From assembly GCF_000011805.1 (NCBI RefSeq), contig NC_006840.2: a DNA stretch of 32,000 nt; one strand, written 5' to 3'. This document shows, piece after piece, positions 11,369 through 20,308 of this stretch. Each line of letters opens with the position of its first letter. The first letter of the stretch is position 1. The stretch is from Aliivibrio fischeri ES114. Lineage in GTDB: Bacteria > Pseudomonadota > Gammaproteobacteria > Enterobacterales > Vibrionaceae. A program made the position numbers and the translations under genes. Under the pieces are notes generated by a model. It made no database searches, was not told the DNA's origin, and saw only the letters and a list, made by a program, of their open reading frames with translations.

Positions 11369-12565
11369 ATGCCATTTTCTAAACTTGGGTTAAGTGACCC
11401 AATTTTAAAAGCTATCGACGAGTTGGGTTATAAAGCACCAACACCAATCCAACAAAAAGCGATCCCTGTTGCACTTACAGGTAAAAACCTAATTGCTGCT
11501 GCGCAAACAGGTACAGGTAAAACAGCAAGTTTTGTATTACCTATCTTAGAAATTCTCAGTGAAGACCCAACAAAAGTTAGAGCAAAACGTATTCGCGCTT
11601 TGATCTTAACGCCAACTCGTGAACTTGCGATTCAAGTTGAAGAAAATATTCAACAATACAGCAAGCATATCGATATCACTTCTCTGGCTATGTACGGTGG
11701 TGTTGACTATAAAGAGCAAAAGCAACGCTTAATTGAAGGGGTTGACGTATTAGTTGCAACGCCTGGCCGTTTGCTTGATATGTACACTCAAAGAGCGATT
11801 CACTTTGATGAATTAGATATTCTGGTTCTTGATGAAGCTGACCGTATGCTAGATATGGGCTTTATCGAAGACATTAATAAAATTATCGAACGTTTACCGT
11901 TAGATCGTCAAAACATGCTGTTTTCAGCAACGTTATCAGATCAAGTTCGTTATTTAGCAAAAACAGCCATCAATAACCCAATTGAGATTTCAATTTCTCC
12001 AAAAACAACATCTTCACCACAAATTGATCAGTGGTTAACGACTGTTGATAAAGATAAGAAATCAGCGCTACTTAGTCATTTAATAAAAGAGAACAATTGG
12101 AATCAAGCACTGATCTTTATTGAAACAAAACACGGTGCTGCGAAACTAGTTAGTCAATTAGAAAAACGTGATATCAGAGCCGAAGCGTTCCACAGTGGCC
12201 GTAGCCAAGAAGCTCGTGCAAAAGTATTAAACGACTTTAAAGAAGGCAAACTACAATATTTGGTTGCAACAGGGATTGCAGCTCGTGGTATTGATATTGA
12301 TGAATTAACACGAGTTGTTAACTATGACTTACCTTTTCCTGCTGACGATTATGTTCACCGTATTGGTCGTACAGGTCGTGCGGGAGCAAAAGGTGAGGCG
12401 ATTTCATTTGTATCTAAAGACGATTTTAAAAACTTATGTATGATTGAAAGTCGTTTAGGTCATCTCATTGTACGTAAAGAAATTGAAGGATTTGCACCAC
12501 GTAAAGAAGTGCCAATTTCAATTCTAAACTACAAACCAAAAAGAAAACCGACACCGAAAAACTGA
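11369..12565 (+). CDS. rhlE: DEAD-box ATP-dependent RNA helicase (RhlE-like, short form lacking a long basic tail)
   Basis: 398-aa ORF. Q motif (TPIQ), motif I AQTGTGKT, Ia PTRELA, II DEAD, III SAT, VI HRIGRTGRAG. An extended -10 TGcTACAAT lies upstream (~11330-11338). Confidence 0.88.
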   Translation: MPFSKLGLSDPILKAIDELGYKAPTPIQQKAIPVALTGKNLIAAAQTGTGKTASFVLPILEILSEDPTKVRAKRIRALILTPTRELAIQVEENIQQYSKHIDITSLAMYGGVDYKEQKQRLIEGVDVLVATPGRLLDMYTQRAIHFDELDILVLDEADRMLDMGFIEDINKIIERLPLDRQNMLFSATLSDQVRYLAKTAINNPIEISISPKTTSSPQIDQWLTTVDKDKKSALLSHLIKENNWNQALIFIETKHGAAKLVSQLEKRDIRAEAFHSGRSQEARAKVLNDFKEGKLQYLVATGIAARGIDIDELTRVVNYDLPFPADDYVHRIGRTGRAGAKGEAISFVSKDDFKNLCMIESRLGHLIVRKEIEGFAPRKEVPISILNYKPKRKPTPKN

Positions 12566-12605
12566 GTTATTTAATCAGTAATCATGATACATCTAATTAA
12601 AATAC

Positions 12606-12640
12606 AAAAAGCTCATACAAATAGTATGAGCTTTTTTATT
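12606..12640 (+). terminator. Intrinsic terminator after the helicase gene (could also serve the convergent patatin gene)
   Basis: AAAAAGCTCATA (12606-12617) pairs with TATGAGCTTTTT (12625-12636), then TTATT. Confidence 0.8.
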
Positions 12641-12652
12641 GGTTTTTATCCA

Positions 12653-13540
12653 TTACAATAGATGCTTTAAAGCGTGTTCAGCTCTTTCGTAGCCTAAATC
12701 TATCATTTCCGCAGTACGTTCAAATTCAAATGTTCCACATGCATCTCGTGCAATTTCAACCGTAATATCTGGCGGGTATGATGCTAGCTTTTGTCTCGCA
12801 ATGGTACTTTGCATCGCATCAAAGGCTTGGTTAGCAATATCATACATCCCTAAATCAATTCTTGATGTTTTTGCTGTTAAAGAACCAAAGTAGTCACTGA
12901 CTTTTCTATGGAACGGTGTGTCTTCTTCTTTTGAATCTTCAGCTGAAATATTTACTTGGTTAACTTCAAAGTCATCAATACTATGACTGATTTCTCCTGC
13001 TAAATTAACCGCTAACGTTATATCTGAATGGTCACCAAACGTTGGAGCAATCGGTACTGGGTTTAGCACACCACCATCAATTAACGTCTTACCATTAAAT
13101 TCAATCGGCATTAAATACAAAGGCAATGAAATAGACGCTCTAATAGCTTGTAACAAAGAGCCTTTTTGTAACCACACTTCTTTTTCATTACTGATATCAG
13201 CGGCAACCGCAGTATAAGGAATAGAAAGGTCTTCAATATGAAGATCGCCTAAAATATCCCCAAGACGATTCATTACTTTTTCGCCTTTAATTAAACCGCC
13301 TTTCCCCCAGTTAAAATCCATTAAAGAAACAATATCTAGCTTAGTGATTGTACGCATCCACGCTTCAAACTCATCAAGTTTACCTGCAGCATAAACACCT
13401 CCAACGACAGTACCAATTGAGCAGCCTGAAACCGATACAATCTCAAAGTTATGCTCTTCTAACCAACGGATAACGCCAATATGAGCAAGCCCTCTTGCCC
13501 CTCCGCTACCAAGAACAAGCGATACTGTTTTTTTTCTCAT
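12653..13540 (-). CDS. Patatin-like phospholipase (RssA-like)
   Basis: GSGGARG oxyanion motif, GCSIG (GxSxG nucleophile) and DGG catalytic Asp motif. ORF-track start is 13558. I prefer the ATG at 13540 (MRKKTVSLVLGSGGARG) because AGGGAG lies ~8 nt upstream and the N-terminus then aligns with the RssA-type start. Confidence 0.85.
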   Translation of the reverse strand: MRKKTVSLVLGSGGARGLAHIGVIRWLEEHNFEIVSVSGCSIGTVVGGVYAAGKLDEFEAWMRTITKLDIVSLMDFNWGKGGLIKGEKVMNRLGDILGDLHIEDLSIPYTAVAADISNEKEVWLQKGSLLQAIRASISLPLYLMPIEFNGKTLIDGGVLNPVPIAPTFGDHSDITLAVNLAGEISHSIDDFEVNQVNISAEDSKEEDTPFHRKVSDYFGSLTAKTSRIDLGMYDIANQAFDAMQSTIARQKLASYPPDITVEIARDACGTFEFERTAEMIDLGYERAEHALKHLL

Positions 13541-13566
13541 GGTTTTTCTCCCTTCCATGATGTGAA

Positions 13567-14037
13567 TTACTCAGCTTTAATATCCAAAAACTGCGCATTT
13601 AGCACTTGTTGTAAATCTTTTGGCGCAAGACCAATATCTAAACCTCTTTTACCACCACTAACATAAATGCTTTCCAGAGATTCAGCTGTAATATCAATGA
13701 CTGTTTTTAAGCGCTTCTTTTGACCAAGAGGACTGACACCTCCAAGCACATAGCCAGTTGTCTTTTGAACCACAGCAGGATCAGCCATTTTTGCTTTTTT
13801 ACCTTTAACCGCTTTTGCAATTAGCTTCATACTAAGTTGCTCTGCAACTGGAATAATACCTACAACGAGCTCTTTTTCATCCACTTGTACAACTAATGTT
13901 TTAAATACTTCTTTTTGATCTAATCCCAACTTTTCCGCTGCCTCAAGACCATATGCTTGAGCTTTAGGATCATGATGATACTCAAGCACCTGATGTTCAA
14001 TTTTTGCTTTTTTTAATAACTTTGTTGCTGGTGTCAT
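13567..14037 (-). CDS. ybaK: Cys-tRNA(Pro)/Cys-tRNA(Cys) deacylase YbaK
   Basis: 156-aa ORF collinear with E. coli YbaK as I recall it (MTPA-KLL..., GGxSPLGQKKRL, YVSGGKRGLDI). Confidence 0.92.
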   Translation of the reverse strand: MTPATKLLKKAKIEHQVLEYHHDPKAQAYGLEAAEKLGLDQKEVFKTLVVQVDEKELVVGIIPVAEQLSMKLIAKAVKGKKAKMADPAVVQKTTGYVLGGVSPLGQKKRLKTVIDITAESLESIYVSGGKRGLDIGLAPKDLQQVLNAQFLDIKAE

Positions 14038-14545
14038 GGTGTTACGCCTTAAAAATAATTCTATATTTTGAAATACGTTCGTTCAGGTCGCTCAAACTGC
14101 AATAAGACAGAACAGCACTCAATTCTCCTGAACCAGTTAATATTAAAAACAATGCACCTATTAAGTGCTATCTATCAATACACTTGCAAATCTTATTGTT
14201 GAAGTACTAAGGTTAGAATGCAACCTAGCCTCAACGATGGATTGATCAATATCAACTCACTCTGAAAATTGTAACCCACTCATATCCCTATCTGCAGTAA
14301 TTCATATTACATCAAGAAAAGATATTTTTATCCTTGTTACGGCTTATAAAACTGACAACAAATCGTATCACAATCCATTAACCTAATCTTAAAGCCTGCT
14401 CATACTCTTGATCACACCTTATGAATAATTCAGTCAATTCTGAGTTATTTTTATGGAATAGATTCTGTATCACCTCAATTATGTGGTATAAAAAGCACGC
14501 TTTCTTTTCTGATGTTTTAACTACTTCCTATAGGTTCCCGTTATT

Positions 14546-16294
14546 ATGAAAAGCGATATTGAAATCTGCCAAACTGCGACACTTACACGAATGAAAACGA
14601 TTGCGTCAAACTTAGGACTGCATGATGATGACATTACTCCGCAAGGTCCATTTAAGGCAAAAGTAAATATCGACGCCTTAAAACGATTAAAATCAGAACC
14701 AAATGGTAAATTAATTTTAGTCAGCGCCATCACTCCAACACCACTTGGTGAAGGTAAAACGGTAACCACTATTGGCCTTGCTCAAGGGCTAGCTAAATTA
14801 GGTGAATCCGTCAGTGCTTGTATTCGACAGCCATCAATGGGGCCGGTTTTTGGTGTAAAAGGAGGTGCCGCTGGCGGTGGTTATAGCCAAGTAGCTCCAA
14901 TGGAAGAGTTAAACCTACACTTAACTGGTGACATTCATGCCATCACCGCAGCCCATAACCTAGCTTCTGCTGCCATTGATGCTCGTATCTATCATGAACA
15001 GCGTTTAGGTTATGATGTTTTCTCAGAAAAGAATGAGTTACCCGCTTTGCGTATTGACCCTCAACACGTGGTCTGGAAACGTGTAATGGATCACAACGAT
15101 CGTGCTCTTCGCATGGTAACCATTGGCAAAAATGAAGACGGCAAAACCATTAATGGCTATGAGCGTGAAGATGGGTTTGATATTACTGCAGCTTCAGAAT
15201 TAATGGCTATCTTAGCACTTGCAACCGATTTACAAGACTTACGCCAACGAATTGGTCGTATTGTTGTTGCTTATAATTTAGATGGTGAACCAGTAACGAC
15301 TGAAGATTTACAAGTCGCTGGTGCAATGACGGTAACCATGAAGTTTGCGATTAATCCAACATTGATGCAGACATTGGAAGGTGTACCTACCTTTGTTCAC
15401 TCTGGACCATTTGCAAATATTGCCCACGGTAACTCATCAATCATTGCTGATAACATCGCTTTAAAATTAACGGATTATACCGTTACCGAAGGTGGCTTTG
15501 GTTCAGATATGGGATTCGAAAAAGCCTGTAATATCAAAGCACCGTTATCAGAAAAATCACCAGATTGTGCGGTTCTAGTCGCAACATTACGTGGTATTAA
15601 AGCCAATTCAGGCCTATTCCCTCTATCACCAGGCCAATCGCTACCTAAAGAATTATTTGCTCCAAATAAAGAAGCATTAGATGCGGGTCTTGATAACTTA
15701 TTATGGCACATCAATAACTGTGCTAAATACGGTTTGCCTGTCGTTGTCGCTATTAACCGATTCCCGGAAGACACTCAAGAAGAACTAGATTCATTATTAA
15801 ATTGGGTTTCTAATTTAGACATGAATGTCGATGTAGCAATTAGCGAAGCGTTTGTTAAAGGCGGGAACGGCACATTAGAGTTAGCTGAAAAAGTAATTAA
15901 AGCGTGTCAACAAGAGACACAATTTACTCCTTTATATACTTCTGAGATGAGCCTATTCGATAAACTTAATGCTGTAGCAATAAAAGGTTATGGCGCTGAA
16001 CGAATTGAATTATCAGAAAAAGCCCAACAACAATTAGCGACATTTGAAAAATTAGGTTACCAATCATTATCTGTCTGTATGGCAAAAACACCTGCTTCTA
16101 TTTCTACAGATGGAAATATCAAAGGTGCGCCAACGGATTTTATTGTGCCTATCAGAGAATTAAAACTCTGTGCAGGTGCTGGCTTTATCTATGCATTATG
16201 CGGAAATGTAATGACAATGCCAGGGTTACCAGAAAAGCCAGCATTCATGAATTTGGACATTGATGGCGATGGTAACATCGTTGGATTAAGCTAA
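14546..16294 (+). CDS. fhs: Formate--tetrahydrofolate ligase
   Basis: 582-aa ORF. N-terminal KSDIEI, P-loop-like [11 protein letters not shown](V)TT, and family-typical length and motifs throughout. Confidence 0.95.
   Translation: MKSDIEICQTATLTRMKTIASNLGLHDDDITPQGPFKAKVNIDALKRLKSEPNGKLILVSAITPTPLGEGKTVTTIGLAQGLAKLGESVSACIRQPSMGPVFGVKGGAAGGGYSQVAPMEELNLHLTGDIHAITAAHNLASAAIDARIYHEQRLGYDVFSEKNELPALRIDPQHVVWKRVMDHNDRALRMVTIGKNEDGKTINGYEREDGFDITAASELMAILALATDLQDLRQRIGRIVVAYNLDGEPVTTEDLQVAGAMTVTMKFAINPTLMQTLEGVPTFVHSGPFANIAHGNSSIIADNIALKLTDYTVTEGGFGSDMGFEKACNIKAPLSEKSPDCAVLVATLRGIKANSGLFPLSPGQSLPKELFAPNKEALDAGLDNLLWHINNCAKYGLPVVVAINRFPEDTQEELDSLLNWVSNLDMNVDVAISEAFVKGGNGTLELAEKVIKACQQETQFTPLYTSEMSLFDKLNAVAIKGYGAERIELSEKAQQQLATFEKLGYQSLSVCMAKTPASISTDGNIKGAPTDFIVPIRELKLCAGAGFIYALCGNVMTMPGLPEKPAFMNLDIDGDGNIVGLS
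14592..14607. promoter_or_regulatory. PurR-like box inside fhs (codons 16-21)
   Basis: TGAAAACGATTGCGTC; its reverse complement is GACGCAATCGTTTTCA. This is about 14/16 to PurR-type operators (ACGCAAACGTTTTC...). It shares the identical 11-mer AAACGATTGCG with the purB box at 5909-5924. Confidence 0.4.
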
Positions 16295-16304
16295 GATCAC
16301 ATAA

Positions 16305-16898
<594 letters not shown>

Positions 16899-16922
16899 TT
16901 CAGCTAACATAAAACCAATTTT

Positions 16923-16950
16923 AATCCTCGCCTTTGCGGGGATTTTTTAT
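16923..16950 (+). terminator. Intrinsic terminator after yfbU
   Basis: AATCCTCGC (16923-16931) pairs with GCGGGGATT (16936-16944), then TTTTTAT. Confidence 0.8.
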
Positions 16951-16977
16951 ACCCGCGATACAACCACAGAACTAATA

Positions 16978-17012
16978 AACAAAAAATCCTCACTGACGGA
17001 TCAGTGAGGATT
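16978..17012 (-). terminator. Intrinsic terminator of the porin gene
   Basis: AATCCTCACTGA (16985-16996) pairs with TCAGTGAGGATT (17001-17012). The A-run at 16978-16986 gives a T-tract on the minus strand. Confidence 0.8.
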
Positions 17013-17089
17013 GAGCTTCTAACCTGATTGATAGTTAACTAAAAATCCACCCTTATAGATTAACAGTTGTATCAATATTATCGGTCAGA

Positions 17090-18139
17090 TTAGAATTCAT
17101 AGCGAAGACCTAAGTGGTAGTAATCTTCTTCAGCGTTATTCCAATCAGTCATAACAGGGCCGGCGGTTGTTACATTACCATTATCGCCATCACGCATTAC
17201 ATAGCTTGTGTAAATAGAAGAACGCTCTGTTAAATGATATTGAACTTCGAATGTTGTATCTTTATATTCCGCTTCATCACCACCACTGTTTTCTAAAGAA
17301 CGGTAACCAACGCGAGCTGTCCAATCATCGTTAATGTTATATACAGCTGTTAATTCGTAGCTCTTATCTGTTGATTTATCAGAGTAAACACCTTCAATTT
17401 CATCTTGGTTATACATTGCGCCAAGCGTTAATGCATTTAGTTTATATTGAAGACCTGCACCCCAAAATGTGTAATCTGCATCAGGGTTAATTGCATTATC
17501 ACCAGTGCTGTTTGCTTGATATGCTAATACAGGAGCTAATGTACCAGCATCACCTAAATCAAATGTATAACGACCAACCGCATTATAAGAACCATCTTGA
17601 TCTGAATCTGTATTACCTAAAATGTAAGCAACAGACATATCAAAAGCACCAAAGCTGTTTTGATATTGGATAGTACCGTCTTGGCGGAATGTTTGAGCCG
17701 ATGAGTTATCAACTAGCTGTAATTGACGACCTAAAACCACATCAGATGCAGCAAATACATCACCAATATCTGAAAGCATAATGATACCTGAAGCCACACG
17801 ACCAAATGTAACTTTACCTGCTTCAGATGCATCAATCCCTGCCCATACGTAACGAGGAGACCAATCACCATTACCGCGAGCTTCAGCAGCGTTTACTTGG
17901 TATTCAGCCCAACCAATTACAGAAACTTTATCGTTAACTACTTGAGAACCACCTAAACCAATACGAGCATCAAAATTACCAACTGAATCTCCGTCATCGT
18001 TACGATCAGTAATATTGAAACCTAAACGGCTATATACATCGATTGTCGAACCATCTTCTGCTGTATATACAGTTGCAGCTGATGCTGAGCCAGCCATTAA
18101 TAGTGCTGGTACCGCTAGTGCTAAAAGTGTCTTTTTCAT
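17090..18139 (-). CDS. General outer-membrane porin (Gram-negative porin family, OmpU/OmpC-like)
   Basis: 349-aa ORF. Signal peptide MKKTLLALAVPALLMAGSASA. Alternating beta-strand pattern, acidic loop regions, and a C-terminal ...GLRYEF aromatic terminus typical of trimeric porins. Confidence 0.9.
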   Translation of the reverse strand: MKKTLLALAVPALLMAGSASAATVYTAEDGSTIDVYSRLGFNITDRNDDGDSVGNFDARIGLGGSQVVNDKVSVIGWAEYQVNAAEARGNGDWSPRYVWAGIDASEAGKVTFGRVASGIIMLSDIGDVFAASDVVLGRQLQLVDNSSAQTFRQDGTIQYQNSFGAFDMSVAYILGNTDSDQDGSYNAVGRYTFDLGDAGTLAPVLAYQANSTGDNAINPDADYTFWGAGLQYKLNALTLGAMYNQDEIEGVYSDKSTDKSYELTAVYNINDDWTARVGYRSLENSGGDEAEYKDTTFEVQYHLTERSSIYTSYVMRDGDNGNVTTAGPVMTDWNNAEEDYYHLGLRYEF

Positions 18140-18635
18140 GTTCTATACCCTATATATTTAAATTTATATTGGTTTGATGGCTCTTTTAATGAACACCAAA
18201 CTCAAGAATTCTTGCATTCCATACATGTTTTCTGAATCCGTTGACAACAATCATGCAATATTAATTCGCTTCACAAAATTAATAGGAGGAATAGTTTGAA
18301 GGGGCTCAAAAACACAGCACATAAAAAAACAAAAAACATTTTAAAACATATAGATATAAAGAATTGATAAATTTAACTTTTAGGAAAATTTTCCTCCAAC
18401 TTGGTTTACATCACAAAATAACGGTTATAAAAGAGAGCTTACGGTGATCAAAATCACTCTATTTTTACAACAAAAAAGGTCTTATTAGCTTCTATTAGGA
18501 GGTGTATTTGAAGTGAATCACATTATTAATTTTGAGAGTAAAAATAAATAGACCATAATTATTTTCACTGATAGTTCTTTTTATTCAATAAACGAACCAG
18601 TACACTGCTGCTTCTCTTTAATTCTAGGTATGGTT

Positions 18636-19445
18636 ATGTCTTATCAATGTCCTTTGTGCCAGCATGAGTTGCACTTTTCTAACAATCAATATCGTTGTGA
18701 AAACAATCATCAATTTGATAACGCAAAAGAAGGTTATGTAAACCTAATGCCTGCTCATCACAAACGTTCTAAAAATCCAGGTGATAATAAAGAGATGATG
18801 CAAGCAAGACGTGCATTTTTAGAAGCTGGGCATTACCAACCAATGCAGCAAAAAGTGGCTGATTTATGTCAACAGTACGTCAACAGCGATTCAGCCTCTT
18901 TACTGGATATTGGTTGTGGTGAAGGTTATTACACCTCCAAAATAGCTGCTCAACTGGATGGTAAAGAAGCACAGGTCTTTGGTTTAGATATTTCTAAAGT
19001 AGCTATTAAGTATGCAGCTAAAAGATATTTAAACTGTAAATTTAGTGTCGCTTCAAGCCATCGTTTACCTTTTGCAGATCAAAGCTTAGATGGCGTTGTT
19101 CGCATCTATGCTCCTTGCAAGGGTGAAGAATTGCATCGTGCAATTAAAGATGGAGGCTACCTGTTTACAGTAACACCTGCTGGCCATCATCTATATGAAT
19201 TACGTGAAGGCGTTTATGGTGATGTTCGCTTACACGATGAAGAACCAGAAAATATAAATGGATTTGAACTTATTGAAGAGCAGAAATTAACTTACCATAT
19301 GCAATTAAATGCTACAGAAGCATTACAGCTGCTTGATATGACGCCATTCGCTTGGAAAGCAACTTCTGAGTTTAAAATGAACCTAAAAGCGTTAGAAAAC
19401 TTCAATTGTAAAGCCGATTTCATGATTCGAGTTTACAAAAAATAG
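18636..19445 (+). CDS. rlmA: 23S rRNA (guanine745-N1)-methyltransferase RlmA
   Basis: N-terminal Zn-ribbon CPLC...C..NH and SAM motif LDIGCGEGYY. ORF-track start is 18630 (MVMSYQ). Starting at 18636 (MSYQCPLC) gives 269 aa, the length I recall for E. coli RlmA. Confidence 0.9.
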   Translation: MSYQCPLCQHELHFSNNQYRCENNHQFDNAKEGYVNLMPAHHKRSKNPGDNKEMMQARRAFLEAGHYQPMQQKVADLCQQYVNSDSASLLDIGCGEGYYTSKIAAQLDGKEAQVFGLDISKVAIKYAAKRYLNCKFSVASSHRLPFADQSLDGVVRIYAPCKGEELHRAIKDGGYLFTVTPAGHHLYELREGVYGDVRLHDEEPENINGFELIEEQKLTYHMQLNATEALQLLDMTPFAWKATSEFKMNLKALENFNCKADFMIRVYKK

Positions 19446-19464
19446 CCCTATCTCAAAAATAAGA

Positions 19465-19512
19465 CACCACATAATTCCATGATAAATAAGGATTTATATG
19501 GTGTTTTTTATT
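19465..19512 (+). terminator. Intrinsic terminator after rlmA
   Basis: ACACCACATAATTCC (19465-19479) pairs 13/15 with GGATTTATATGGTGT (19491-19505), followed by TTTTTTATTT. Confidence 0.7.
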
Positions 19513-19696
19513 TCCCTGTCGAAAAACCCTCAAGCTTGTTCTCATTTTTAAAGCATTCCTGTCTACACTATAAAAACGCAGCGTGAAAACTTGACATAGA
19601 TCACAATGCATCGATAAAACAAACTTTATCGAACTTCAAAGAGCATTATTTGGAGAGCTATTGTCTGGTCTGATACTTACATAATAATCAATATGG

Positions 19697-20308
19697 ATGA
19701 ATCTTATGAAGTACTTACTTTCTTGCGCATTGCTGCTTATCTCTTGTAACTGTTTTGCTAAATTTGATGGTCTTTACCTATCATCAGGCTTGGCTAAATC
19801 ATCACTCACTCTTAACGGTGCTGAAATTGATTTAGATAACGGATTATTTATCAAAGCAGGCTACCCATTTATGCTTGCTCCAGAGTATTACCTTATTGTT
19901 GAACTTGAATATAATAAACTGGGTGATTATGAACATCATTATTCAAATGGCGCTAATTACGACAACACAGAGGTCGAAGCGAGCTCTATAGGAGCAAACT
20001 TAAAATACCAATCTTATTTGTTTGATACCGAGTTTTACCTAGCAAGTATTTTGGGTGTACATCAATATTCTTTAGATTTAATGGTTGATACGTATTCTCA
20101 AAATACGCTAAATGGAAAAACAATTACCACAACCATTACTGGTGAGAATTCAATTAGAGAAGTAGGTTTATCATATGGAGTGGAGTTAGGATACTCGCTG
20201 CCCTACTCTCTAAATATTGCAGCGAGTTATACGATGGGACGTATTATAGCTAATGGAATTGGAATCGATTTCATTACCAGTCAGGTTACATTAAGTTACG
20301 TCTTTTAA
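19697..20308 (+). CDS. Small outer-membrane beta-barrel protein (OmpX/OmpW-size class)
   Basis: 203-aa ORF. Signal peptide ...LLISCNCFA. Alternating hydrophobic strands and a C-terminal ...VTLSYVF aromatic terminus. The true start may be the ATG at 19706 (MKYLL), which has GGATGA upstream. Confidence 0.7.
   Translation: MNLMKYLLSCALLLISCNCFAKFDGLYLSSGLAKSSLTLNGAEIDLDNGLFIKAGYPFMLAPEYYLIVELEYNKLGDYEHHYSNGANYDNTEVEASSIGANLKYQSYLFDTEFYLASILGVHQYSLDLMVDTYSQNTLNGKTITTTITGENSIREVGLSYGVELGYSLPYSLNIAASYTMGRIIANGIGIDFITSQVTLSYVF

Noticed and set aside
13522-13537. A8 run at codons 2-5 of the patatin gene (ATG AGA AAA AAA ACA) as a phase-variation tract
   Set aside because: Eight residues is short for slipped-strand switching, and the run simply encodes the Lys-rich N-terminus. 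Nothing supports ON/OFF variants.
14038-14545. ZTP (pfl) or THF riboswitch upstream of fhs
   Set aside because: The conserved core strings of these riboswitches, for example the GC-rich CCGCCUGGGC-type 3' element of ZTP, are absent on both strands. The region is too AT-rich.
14421-14549. 42-codon upstream ORF ([42 protein letters not shown]) whose TGA overlaps the fhs ATG (ATGA), suggesting translational coupling
   Set aside because: It has no Shine-Dalgarno, and its composition looks like translated AT-rich spacer. By a rough estimate an open run of this length is not rare at this base composition (about 5 percent per frame). It would be worth revisiting only if Ribo-seq shows occupancy.
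14521-14769. 82-aa minus-strand ORF overlapping the fhs start
   Set aside because: It is antisense to the conserved fhs N-terminus, including the GEGKTT P-loop region. It has no RBS.
18497-18551. AGGAGG followed 10 nt later by a 12-codon GTG ORF (MNHIINFESKNK) in the porin/rlmA intergenic region
   Set aside because: The spacer is long, the ORF is very short, and there is no associated attenuator structure. The evidence is insufficient.
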